Positions 1-11,561 of a stretch of DNA of 64,000 bases are shown in pieces. The stretch covers positions 86,180,001 through 86,244,000 of the forward strand of contig CM097882.1 in the NCBI GenBank assembly GCA_044892505.1, given 5' to 3'. A program made the translations under genes and the position numbers. Positions within the stretch are counted from its first letter, which is position 1; each line of letters starts with the position of its first letter. The DNA comes from Schmidtea nova (taxonomy: Eukaryota). The notes beneath the pieces are model-generated. The model did not search any database, had not been told where the DNA came from, and saw nothing but the letters and a program-made list of their open reading frames with translations.

Positions 1-1285
1 TTTTGAAAGTGGAATAAGTCATCTTTTTATAATTTTGAGAAAATCAAACATTTGCGCTTTCATATTATGTAAATTATATATGAAGATTTTTTTAAAAAAT
101 ATTGTTTTTCATGATATTAAAACACGTAAGACTTTTACCTTGACTAATTCACCTGTTTTCGTACATTAAAAGTTTTTATTATATAAGTTAAAAATTACCA
201 ATAGCAAATGAAAACTTACTTTGAATGTTAAAATTTGATTTTACGTAGTTTAAAAGATTTATTATGTGATGGACAATGTGTAAGAAAATAATTAATTATA
301 CACAAACACAATGAAAATTGCATGCAACCTTTTAAGGGCACATTATTTTACGTGATTTAAAAGCCTATAATAAATTTAACTGTTTTTAAAATATGGTTTT
401 TGGGTAAATATTTGAAATATTTTTCAATGGAGTTATCGAGAAAATGGACTAATAACATCGTAAGTTTTATTTTAATATAAAATTTCATATATTTCCGAAA
501 ATTATTTTGCAAAGGTTTTCCGTTTTCAGTAGCCAAAAAAATAATCCCGTCTTATTTTTTCAATTTATAGACAATTAAATATATTTACACAGCAACTTAG
601 ATGATTCTGAAGCCTTAGATAATGCAGGGCAATAAAATTAGGTAATTCTTGAAATAAAAATTAAACTTAATTAAATTAATTTTTTAGAATATCCAAAAAA
701 ATATTTCATTAATAAATAAAAATTTTTTATTTAATGATACTTGGTCGCGCCCGCTCTTAAAATATTTTAAAATTAATAAAATAATAATTAAAATAATTAA
801 TCGGGTGCTTGATCGCTATGAGAGATTGTGGGGCGAGCCTGGAAGCCGTTAGACAGTCTTATCGAAATCTATATAAATCTTATATGATGCAAGTATTGAT
901 TTAACTCAATCTGAAGACGAAAATGATCACGTGAAAAAGAAACGATCTGAATCATCACATGAAACTTATAATCAAAATCTAATTCAAATAAACAATGATA
1001 TCTTTAAAGTTTTCTACTCCACCGAAGATCTTTGTGAACAATATCTCTCAATGCAACGGCAAATAAATCGCTAAGTCATTAAAACCCAATACTCGATAAA
1101 TTGCCCAAAATGTCACATTCAATTTCTAAATTGTAACTACCTTTGGATAGTCCGGGAATTCTGCGTGGAGTTCAGCAGGTGGCGATTTCTCGGCGTGCGC
1201 ACGCGGACGCGAGGGTCTTGGAATCGCTGTTTAAGTTGGGATTATGCGTGTAATTGTCTGTGCGCGCGTCTGTGATATGTGGTGA

Positions 1286-1606
1286 TCAGATATTTGGGCT
1301 TTTGGTGTCGTTCTATGGGAGCTTGCTACATATGGGTTATCTCCTTACCCTGGAATAGAATTACATGATGTTTATCATATCTTAGAAAAAGGCTATCGAA
1401 TGGATCGTCCTGAAGGATGTCCAGAAATAGTATATGGGATAATGCTCCAATGTTGGCAATGGGATCCATTATTGAGACCATCATTTGCTCAATTGTACTC
1501 AAAACTATATTATATTTGTTTCTCTCAGAATGTCGATTGGTCATATCAATTCAACAACTCATTAAGCATGGATAAAAGCCAATTTAAAACATCGAAGGAA
1601 TCTTAA
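1286..1606 (+). pseudogene. Abl: Abl-family tyrosine kinase fragment (C-lobe, subdomains IX-XI only)
   Basis: Open frame from 1286 reads [70 protein letters not shown]. This closely matches the ABL signature [24 protein letters not shown]...RMERPEGCP...CWQW. An in-frame TGA lies at 1283 and there is no upstream kinase sequence. Confidence 0.85.
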
Positions 1607-1621
1607 TGAAAACGCGTTTCA

Positions 1622-1687
1622 TCGCGTCTGTGTGCGCGGTGGTGTTATATCGATTCGTGTTTTCTTAGCATGCGCACACAGACGCGA
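1622..1687. repeat. Perfect 16-bp GC-rich stem-loop (TCGCGTCTGTGTGCGC / GCGCACACAGACGCGA, 34-nt loop)
   Basis: Arms at 1622-1637 and 1672-1687 are exact reverse complements. Confidence 0.9.
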
Positions 1688-2064
1688 GTAGTTCCAGGTT
1701 GGCTAAGAATAATTAATCCATGAATTGGAGTTTTTCGACTTTTAATTTTGCGAGTGATTATTGTTTGTTTATCTGTATTAATAGTTTAATTTTATTGTGG
1801 CAGATTTTTAGCAGAATTTGACTTTGAATGGAATTAATGGATGATTTATTTTGTAATAATTATTAAATAGATTTTTGTGGAATTTGATTTTGAATTTTTA
1901 AAACATTCTTGGAAATAAATTTAAATGGTCACTTCCATTGTACCTTCTGAAAATAATGAAGTAGAAGCTAATTGCATTGAATTAGCACTTGAAGAGTTTA
2001 AAGTGGATACTCTGTTGAAAAAGAGATCAAAATTGGATGACAGTGTTTCAACAAGTGGGCAAAT

Positions 2065-2829
2065 TTGAATTGCAGCTTGGAATTCATTGAATTGAGAGAT
2101 AGACTCGGACCAAGAATATTGACCTTAAATTTATTATTATTAAAGGAGCAGGAAGTTGTAAATATTCTATTTGAAAGCATTGAAAAATGCACTTCGAGAT
2201 CATGTATAGAAGTAACGGATTTGTTACAGCATTTGGTTTGCGATATTCGGCAGGATTCTTTGCCTTATTTAGAGAGATCTTTCGTTTTAATAACCTCAGT
2301 CGTTGAGCGAGTTGAAAATGACGCCGATATGTTACTGAGCACATTCAGTCGATTGCATGCTACATTGAAATACAATGCTGATGATCTTTCGTTTTGGTTG
2401 TCTGATCAAAGTGTCAATGGCACTTATGTCAATTATGTCCGAGTTCCAGTTAGCGGCCTTAAACTTGAAATGGAAGACATTGTGTGTTTCTTTCACCGAA
2501 ATGGAGCTAATATCAAACCAGGTGAAAAAGTAGAACCATTTGATACTCATTTGAAATACCGAGTGGAATTTGTTGACGAAGAAAATGTGCTGGGTGTTAA
2601 ACCTCTTATCGATTATGACGGTGATCCATTAGATGTTGACGGTGTTCTACTGGACAGTAAAACAACCGAGCCAACTAATAATAGCACGGAAATATTAGAT
2701 ATGTTTACCAATCCCGATGGATATCCTTTGTCGGATAGTGATGAGAATTTCAATTTGTCTAGGATTAAATCTCGCGTTCTCAGACCAAAAAATGAGGAAA
2801 GCCAAAGGAGCTGGATGCGCCGATATTAG
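2065..2829 (+). CDS. Hypothetical 254-aa ORF (cargo of cassette A; probable true start at ATG 1925 separated by a frameshift)
   Basis: Long, relatively GC-richer ORF with no recognisable motif. An upstream frame MVTSIVPSENNEVE... from 1925 stops near the start of this ORF. Confidence 0.5.
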   Translation: MNCSLEFIELRDRLGPRILTLNLLLLKEQEVVNILFESIEKCTSRSCIEVTDLLQHLVCDIRQDSLPYLERSFVLITSVVERVENDADMLLSTFSRLHATLKYNADDLSFWLSDQSVNGTYVNYVRVPVSGLKLEMEDIVCFFHRNGANIKPGEKVEPFDTHLKYRVEFVDEENVLGVKPLIDYDGDPLDVDGVLLDSKTTEPTNNSTEILDMFTNPDGYPLSDSDENFNLSRIKSRVLRPKNEESQRSWMRRY

Positions 2830-3879
2830 TTAATCTAAAAGCATGTTAAAAATCATGATTTCCTAGAAAGTATTTAAAAATTAAATAATAAAATTGTAGA
2901 ACAGAAATATTTGGAGACTGATTTATTTCATTAATAAACTATTGCTAAAAAATATTTTTACTTACGTTTAATGTAAAATATTTACAAAGAAACTTCATAA
3001 AAATCATATTTTCCTACAAAGTTAATAAATTTAAAATCAAAATAATGTTTTAGAATATAAATAAGCTTTCAAAGCTTCTATAGTGATCTCATATCATTGT
3101 AAAATAAAAATAGAAGCCTTAAAGATTTATTGATAAATAAACTTACCTGATATCCATTTTTAAAAAATGGCTAACATAATAAATAAAAAATTCAGCAAAG
3201 AAACTATGAGTAACAAGTAGATGTACACACCTACATGTAGTATAATTACTTTTAAACTAAGAAAACAGATGTATGGAAGTACACTATTGTTCTAATTATA
3301 TTATAACACGAACTCCATTTGTTGAAAAATCCGATTTATTCCACTTTCGAAATAACCGGCTCATATATTTCACGAAATTGTTTCTCTCAAAAATTAGAAT
3401 TGTTTTTTATATTTTAAAAATTTGTCATTTATAACTTTTTGATACTTTCAAACAATTTATTGTTAAGTCATTGATCGTTACTAACTATTATCATTAATTT
3501 GGTCTAAAAACTCATAAACAATTATTAGTTATTTTCAAATTTTTATCAAATTTCATATTAAAAATTTGATAATAATTTAAAAATAAAATTAACATAATTA
3601 AAATAAAATAAAACACTATTAAATGCAAATAGCACACATAAAGGTGATAAACCCTATGTAGAAAATTCAACAATCCCAAAATGAATTATAGATCTTCAGA
3701 TTTAAAGATTAATAAAACCATTAAATAAGATAACGAAGGTATACACAATTAAGGTGATACGGCAATGAAACATGAATTTACTATATATTCACAATAAATT
3801 CACTTTTTCAAGAATCCCCTAGATCAGTGATTTTCAACTTTTTTATTTGATAGCCCACATAATAACCATAAAATTTCTG

Positions 3880-4915
3880 CACAAATTTTGTACAACATGA
3901 AGTAATTGGATCGAATATTGTGGACCAAATCTCGTTGATTTGCACTCGAGCTCCATTGTCATTCTTAAAGCACATCGTGCTGGAATTGTAATCTTATCAG
4001 CTTCATCGAGAATTACCAATTAGAATAATGAAATTATTTTCTCATTGTCACTGTTTTTAAATTGAAAATATGAAAAATTTATTAACATTTCAAAAATGAT
4101 AAAAATCAATATTTTTACGGCGGAAAATGACTATCGGTGGCAAATTGAAAGTTAAAAACGAATAACACAATTTTAAATTAATTGGAGATCCCTGGGACGA
4201 GCTAGAGAAAAAATACGAATTAATTAAATTAATCGATCTCATCAATCATTGCGAAAGGAAAGACAAATTTTCAGATTAGACAAACCGACAAATTACTCGA
4301 GGAAGCCAAAAGGAGAAACCCTTTGCAAATGAAAAAGGGTTTCCTTCTTGCTTCCACAGTGATTGATGGGATTGACTTTGGTATATAAATTTATTTCAGT
4401 CAAATTTGCCAGTTTGTCGAAGACAGTAACGAACAAAATGAGTTTGAGATAGTAAAACTTTGTCGTCAATCAGATTTTACGTTATCGGGTGATATCCTTT
4501 GGATTGGCTACCTAGAAATAAATTTGAATCAGAGTTTTAAAGAGAATTTGTTATTTGTCAAATAAAGTTTTTTTGGGTCTTCCTTATTACCTGAAGGACA
4601 AGAGGAGCCGGAACCAAACTTAATTCCTATTGAAGTTTTAAATATTAACACATTTGACTCCAAAACTTTGTCTTCAGATACTTTGCGTTAAATAGTTCTT
4701 TAACAGCAGCTAAAATTATTGATGTTATTTCTGTCCCATATGAGCCATAGAATAAGAAATGAAAAAACCATTTTCACTGTTACACTTTTTCATCCATTAT
4801 TTTGGTAATTGCTGAAAACATGACGTTTTTGAAAATTAAAAAAATTAATTAAAAATCAATAAAAAATGATATTAAAGTAGATAATATATTAAAGTAGTAG
4901 AATACATACCATGGT
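3880..4915 (-). pseudogene. RFC4: Replication factor C small subunit (RFC4-like) pseudogene
   Basis: Minus-strand fragments in the correct order: HFLFYGSYGTEITSIILAAVKELF (degenerate Walker A GPPGTGKTS), KVLESN, LVILDEADKITIPARCALRMTMELECKSTRF, IFDPITSCCTKF. Frameshifts are present. Confidence 0.65.
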
Positions 4916-6387
4916 TAGACATAGTCGAATAAAAAACTTATCATATGCACCGTTTAAATTAATATGTATAAGTATTTTTTAATTACTATATAAAATTCAC
5001 TTATTCCACAATAATAATAGTAATAGTAATAGTAATAATAGTAATAATAATAATAATAATAATATTAATTAATAGATAAGTAACAAAATAAGCCTTTGCT
5101 GCAAAAATAATTTTATTAAGTGAGAAAATTATTTTTGCAGCAAAGGCTTATTTTGTTACTTATCTATTAATTAATTTAATACTTAATGCTGCTANNNNNN
5201 NNNNNNNNNNNNNNNNNNNNNNNNNNNNNNNNNNNNNNNNNNNNNNNNNNNNNNNNNNNNNNNNNNNNNNNNNNNNNNNNNNNNNNNNNNNNNNNNNNNN
5301 NNNNNNNNNNNNNNNNNNNNNNNNNNNNNNNNNNNNNNNNNNNNNNNNNNNNNNNNNNNNNNNNNNNNNNNNNNNNNNNNNNNNNNNNNNNNNNNNNNNN
5401 CTTGGTAGCAGCATTAAGTATTAAATTAATTAATAAATAAGTAACAAAATAAGCCTTTGCTGCAAAAATTTTAAATTAATAAAAATACATTTTAAAAGTA
5501 TATATATATATATATATACGAGTTGATAGGTTTTTGTTGGTAAACATATTGTATTTCATTAATTTTTAAAATACACTTTGAACTACTGAGGCCTTAAACA
5601 ATAGGACATTTGTCTTCTGCACATATTCAACTCAAGTTAACGAAAATACTGCAAATGAGCCATCCTCCCGAATTCACAAAAATCCCAACAGAATTGTCAT
5701 ATCCCTTATTAATTCCTTAAATAAAAATAATTTACTAAAATATTTTAATAATTTTTATTAATTTATTGTTAATTTTTAATTTTTTATATGATTAATTTCA
5801 TTTTTGATTCAGGGATTTTTTAGTTGGTTGAAATTCTTTTATGTCGTTAGGTAACTTTTTCTCTTAATTATTGTGAAAATAAATAATGTTCTTGTAATTA
5901 AAATCGAAAAAGTAGTACATTAAAACAAAAAATAAAGTAACTTTCAAATTATTATAATATTTCTATAATAATTAATATTTTGAATTTAACTTTTGTAACA
6001 ATTAAAATTCTTTAACGAACATGAATTCGAAAAATCACATTTTATATACATATTATTTTTAAATTTTGCAAATTTTTAAATTTTGTAAATATAATTTGAT
6101 TTCAAGATTTTTCTTCTCTTAATCATAGGATTCGAAAATAAGTAATTTTTTTGCAGTGAGCTAAATCTGTTTATTTATATATTGAAAATCTTTAAAAATG
6201 TTGTGTCGAAAATTCGTGTAAAAACAAATAATTGATACATAACATCAAAAAACCGAGTGACTTTATGGGTTAATGAAAGTCATTGTTGAATATACGTAGT
6301 AAGGCTAAAATGACCTTAAACTCGCATAGAAATAATAAAGTTAGTGGAATCAAATTCATTATTATTAACAAGGCAGATATGTAGGAT

Positions 6388-7100
6388 TTATTTCTCAATA
6401 TAACTTACGTTAATAGTGATGCATTTTCTCCAACGGTCCACCATTGATTTTTAAGCAATTTCGAAGAATTTTTGCCTTTTCTCCCAAAGAAATTTTCCTT
6501 CAAATCATGCTTTAATTCAAATATTTTATCTCTCAAATCTTTCTTCAGATGATGAACAACCAAAAATCACTAAGTGTTAGTACTCGGCTATATGGTGGAT
6601 GGTTGAATTGCGCAAACTTACATTTGCTACTGCTTCCTGTGTTCGATAAGATGTTGGGATTGGAGTGTTGTCATGAAGCAAATAAAGGTCCCGGTTTCAT
6701 GACTTGCATTTTATGGCCCTAACTTCAAAGTATTTAGAGGCTCAACTGTGTCTCATCCTCTATCAGGACATTTTTCAGAATGCTTGATCAAACTTTCTGA
6801 TTTACAATTGATCCCCCATAAAATGTATTGTTCTCTTGCAAACATTTAGTTATACAAAAAACTTTATTTGTGTGATTTTCCTATTTTTAGGCCCAATTCC
6901 CTTCAATATCGCAATGATATTTCCATCAATTTCTCTACGTCTTCCCCTTCTTTAATTGTGAAAAAACTTCTTCTGTAGGATCAAAAGTACTGAATCCAGT
7001 TATATATTGTTGCTATTGAAGAAGCTTATCCTTTATATGCTTCTTCAACCTGTTGAATAATTTCTTTTTTTCTACCTTTAAACGTATAAAAAGCTAATTA
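6388..7100 (-). mobile_element. Mariner-family transposase remnant
   Basis: Minus strand reads LLHDNTP, HPPYSRVLTLSDFWLF (cf. HPPYSPDLAPSDF) and the C-terminus RWRKCITINVSYIEK*. Multiple frameshifts. Confidence 0.75.
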
Positions 7101-8937
7101 CGCTTCTAATTATAACTGCATCAAACATTTTTTTTAAATCGCTGAATGACTGAAATCGAATTTTAGTACGTCAAAGCCAACCATAGATTTATAGCCTTTA
7201 TATGTATCTTATTTCAAATATAAAAGAACTTTGTTCTAACTTTATTATTTATATGAGAGTCTAAGGACTTTTTATCCTTATCACATACATAGTAAATTTG
7301 TTAAATCGTGGTCAAGTTCCAACCTCGAAATTAAATAAAAGATTGCTCAATAGTAGTGAATTGGTGCAAAAATTATAAAAAACAGTTATCTAAAGCTATT
7401 TAAGTTAAAGGTAATAAATATTCACTGGATTTCAAATCCTAACCCTTTTTGACTGTTGGAAAAGCATTAAATACTTCTGGAATGCCAAAAAAATACGATA
7501 GAAACTATGAAAAAAGAATTTTAAAGAAATCTGTTTTTTGTTGTGTTGATTTTTTGAAATTTAGTAATTAATTCTCTGACTCCAAAGCGTGCTTTATCTG
7601 ATCATCAAAACAACAATTTTCAGACAATATAAACCTTAATTGATTATCACAGTTGATTACACAATTTACAATGACACAATCAATTCAACAGCAAAATAGA
7701 GAAATATACAGAGCTTATTACAACACTTCGTGAGGAATAGCCCTAATGTATCATACCTAGAATACAACAATCAATGACCACTGATTTAGATTCAATAATT
7801 GACAATTGATTTCGGTTGTTTTTCTGCTTTGATTTGATACTTTATTTTAATTAAAAATCTCGTTTGCTTCGTTCACTTTTCCAATAATGTGACTCTAATT
7901 TATCCAAGCTAATTTCTTTTCTCTAATATATTTTCTTTCCGATACGATTTGCCTTTTAATTTTTCTCAATCTTTCTCTTTTATAGCACGTCATTTTTCGG
8001 CTCTCGATATAAATTTTGTTTTTCCCATTTAGTCTCCAGCAATACTTCACATTTTTCTCCTAGCTCCCGCATTATCTCTGAAACCTTTCAAGATATGCCA
8101 TTTCTTCTATTTTTGCTATTTCGCTCTTTTTCCTGTATTCCTGATATCTCTGACAAACTATAAAGATACAAATTTTATTCTTGTTTTTGTTTTTCAATTT
8201 TGGAATTCCTTTCTGTTTTTGTACTTGTTAATTATTAATGACTTTTCCTTCTTTGTTGTTTTATTTTATTTTGTTATTCTTCCTCTTTCCTCATTTCTCA
8301 ATTTTTTACTCTTCCTTCTTCTTCTCCAAGTTCAAAAAGATCGTCTTATTTACTCTATCGGGTTTCCTCCAAATTATTTTATTTATTTATGATGTTATTT
8401 AATTTTATTATTTAGGTATCCTAAACAGTAGACTATCAATGAGGTACGACTCCATATGAGAAAGTGACTAGCATATTTGTAAATTATTTAACAACAACTT
8501 TTAAGGATCACAAAATTATAAGTATATTACTTCAAGTCAACTGTAATTACATTAGAATACCCCCAAGAAAAACTAACAAATAACTCAATGTTAAAAAGTC
8601 TAAACGGAATTAACTATTAAATGCATTGTAATAATCCCGTTATAGCTGCAACGAGAGACATGATATTACTGTATAAAAAATATGAAGTTTTCAAGATTTC
8701 GGATCCATTTTTAAAAGTCAACATATAATAATCATCAGACGGTTGTTCAGAAAAAGCTCCTTTATGTTGATATATTAGGCCTTGATAACATGCAGGTAAC
8801 TAAATATCGTTGGCATATGCAATGGTAATTTGAATGGAATCGTTAATATCTTATTGAAATGGCGCCATATATTAACCACAATGGTCAAGATGACTTGAGG
8901 GGGGGGGGAATTTTTTAATTTAAAAATCACTATAAAC

Positions 8938-9343
8938 CAGGGGTCTCAAACACGCGGCGCGAAACGAAGCACATGGATTTTGTAATTAAACCTGACTTAT
9001 TTAACAATTAAAATCATGATTAGCTTTAACATTTAGAACTTTCTTCTAAATTATTTTGATTTGAACGATTGAACGATTGCTTCACTACGTAATTTTAATA
9101 ATATTATTGAAAACAGTTTATTTATTCTTTGAATTTTTCATTTGTTTTATTAATAATAATTGCATATTTAAAAATTTTTTAACCCATAGAAGAATAGTGT
9201 TAAAAATAATTTTAAGTTTTCTTTTCTTTACTACTAGATTTATGTGTTTTAATCATTGTATAAAGATTTTAAGTAGTGCGGCCCCTGGGGTTAAGCTTTT
9301 AGTCACACACGGTCCGCGTTAGACTTTGAGTTTGAGACCCCAG
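8938..9343. mobile_element. hAT-type MITE
   Basis: TIRs CAGGGGTCTCAAAC / GTTTGAGACCCCAG with an exact 8-bp TSD CTATAAAC (8930-8937, 9344-9351). Confidence 0.9.
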
Positions 9344-9390
9344 CTATAAACTAAGATTAAATTGATATACTTAATTAAAATTGAAATATT

Positions 9391-9590
9391 CTCTCTTCGT
9401 TCCAAAAAAACTGTCCGATTTTGGCAATATTAAAGATTGAAAAAAAGAATGTTTTTCCAGGGTTGTTAGACAGTTTCAGACATTTTTAAAATTCATAATA
9501 ATAATTATTATATGTTTAACGTTACATCTTATGTGATACATAATATAGACTATCTTTTACAATTGGACAGAGTTTTTGGAACGGATGGAG
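9391..9590. mobile_element. Tc1/mariner-type MITE with Stowaway-like TIRs
   Basis: Left end CTCTCTTCGTTCCAAAAAAACTGTCC; right end GGACAGAGTTTTTGGAACGGATGGAG-TA. Confidence 0.65.
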
Positions 9591-11322
9591 TATTTTAGTA
9601 TTATAATTGTATATTATATATTAATTTAAATAAAACTAAAACATTGCCTGAATTAAGGTTTTATAAAGACTGGTTCCCTTTGGTTCCCTGGTTCATCTGA
9701 CACCCAAGTACTTGGGCAATATGAATTATTGTAAAAAAATTAATTATTTTTTTACAGATTATAAATAAAGTTTTTTTTCTATCCAACACAAATTTAAAGC
9801 TGTCTTTTTCAATTGTTATTTGGTATTATTTAAGTATTATTCGAAAAATGCAGTGTTGAAATTTGTGTAGAAAAGAAAAGAGGTCAAAGATGAAAAAGAT
9901 TGAAGATTTCAATAAAATTCTCTTTAATTTACAATTATTCTAATTTTTCATTGAAAACCAAACACAAAAATGCGGTATTTTAGTATATGTAAATAATAAA
10001 AATTTACAAATTTTTTTTCCGTTTATTTCTATTTTTTAATTATTGTATTTATGAGTATTTAATGCAAATTTGTATCGATCCAAGCGTTGATATGTGTAAC
10101 CTGTCGCTGAAATGAGCCTATAAAAGCTATTGTTGCCGATAAGTGCGTAGGTCATTTGTTAGTCAATGTTTTTATTTAACATAATTTGTTTTTTTTATAA
10201 TATTTTGAGTGTGCAACATTTTTAAATCGGTATATGTATTAATTAAATTAAATTATGAGTCATTTAATAAATTTTAGTTCATTTGAAATTATAATCAAAC
10301 ATTGAATGAAAATAAATTGATACACCATACAAATAAAATTTATTTTGAATATTGTTGTTTTTTATAAGAAATCGCATCATTTGTATTCTGTAGTGTACAA
10401 ATAAATATTTTTAAAGACATTTTTGGATCTGTGTTTAACACGTTGACTTCCACGGTACTTTTCAAGATTCCGGTGTAAGAAGCCTATTTAATTAAATATC
10501 GTAGTCCAACTACGAGTTATCTCGTCGTTGTCAATCAACTAGTTAAAATAATTATAAATAAATAAAAAGTAGAGTATCATAGAGTATTAGATTTATTGAC
10601 AAGACAGTCACTCAATCCTAGGTCTCGGGAGGCAATTTTAAACAAAATATTTTAAAAAAATTTTAAATTACAATATTAATCTTCAGCCTGTATTGTAAAT
10701 TTTCAATGGTCTATGCAAAGGGTTCAATCTTACCCCATATATATTTTCATATATTTTGTATGAATTTATAATATTTTTTCGATATACTTTTTAGTAAAGC
10801 GTGTGTAATACCATAAGTGAGGCAATCCTAGTTGCCTGGCATATTTATTTGGTGTAAAATTTATTGAGTTGCATATTACAGTGACTGGGGTCCGGTCGAT
10901 CCCAAATGCACAGACTGAAGGTTAAGTATTTTTTTCAAACTTTTAAATATTTTAAAAAGAAATATATATTTTTTAAAAATAAGAATTGATTAATTTGTTA
11001 ATATTTTAAATCCCTAAGAATTTGATCGAATTTAAAATTAATTTTCCAAAAAAAAATATTTTAAACACTAGTATTTAAAAAAATACTTGAAATAAAATTT
11101 ATTTTTATATTTATTTTATACGAATTTTCTGCACAGTTATTCTCATGTTTGCATATGACCAATAATATCTACTTTTATTAGATATATTTTTTATTTTATT
11201 TTTGCCTGATAAAGGTTTTATTTTTATTGTTTTATAAATTTAAAGACCACCAATATTTTTCTGTATCTATTCAAGAGGTCGAGACCCATTTGTTGCGCAC
11301 CACCTCTATATATTATTATAGA

Positions 11323-11466
11323 AATATCAATAATTCCCATAATGGTAAGACTATAGATCAAAAAAAATTTTTTAAACAAGTACACAATATTTCGTGTCGA
11401 AATATTGTGTACTTGTTTAAAAAAAATTTGATCTATAGTCTTAACATTATGGGATTTATTGATATT
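11323..11466. repeat. 144-bp near-perfect palindrome (foldback family); second copy at 12698-12835
   Basis: AATATCAATAATTCCCATAATG...AATATTTCG-TGT-CGAAATATT...CATTATGGGATTTATTGATATT. The copy at 12698 has the same arms and a longer spacer. Confidence 0.85.
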
Positions 11467-11561
11467 AATATTAAAAAAAAGATCAAAGGTGAAACAAAAA
11501 GATAATTATGATATTGTTATAGAAGATTTGAGTTATTTTTTATTATTCTTTTCAATTTTAG

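Larger units (their letters stand above)
742..2829 (+). mobile_element. Unclassified hairpin-cassette element, copy A
   Basis: Interrupts the MITE above. Its first ~140 bp (TGGTCGCGCCCGC...ATGAGAGATTGTGG...CCTGGAAGCCGTT) match the reverse complement of 26660-26795. It carries the same CGCGTCTGTGTGCGC hairpin as 26392-26452. Confidence 0.6.
150..3271 (+). mobile_element. Non-autonomous TIR element (MITE family with CACCTGTTTTC termini), split by a ~2 kb insertion at 742-2830
   Basis: Starts CACCTGTTTTCG at 150 and ends GAAAACAGATG-TA at 3271. Segments 150-735 and 2833-3271 align consecutively with the uninterrupted copy at 60138-61192. Confidence 0.75.

Noticed and set aside
4301-4355. Imperfect hairpin GGAAGC..AAACCCTTT / AAAGGGTTT..GCTTCC inside the RFC pseudogene
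   Set aside because: Single occurrence with no second copy or functional context in the window.
5160-5440. ORFs spanning N runs (also 12798-13223 and most of 17968-18737)
   Set aside because: Their length comes from unknown bases; only the 18504-18727 part is real TMEM63 sequence.
5078-5470. Perfect hairpin and inverted duplicates flanking the N gap (similar at 20020-20290)
   Set aside because: Near-identical inverted copies directly at contig ends are typical scaffolding or amplification fold-back artefacts.
7700-8400. Purine-rich minus-strand region resembling a LINE or gag remnant
   Set aside because: No diagnostic motif, and frequent stops.
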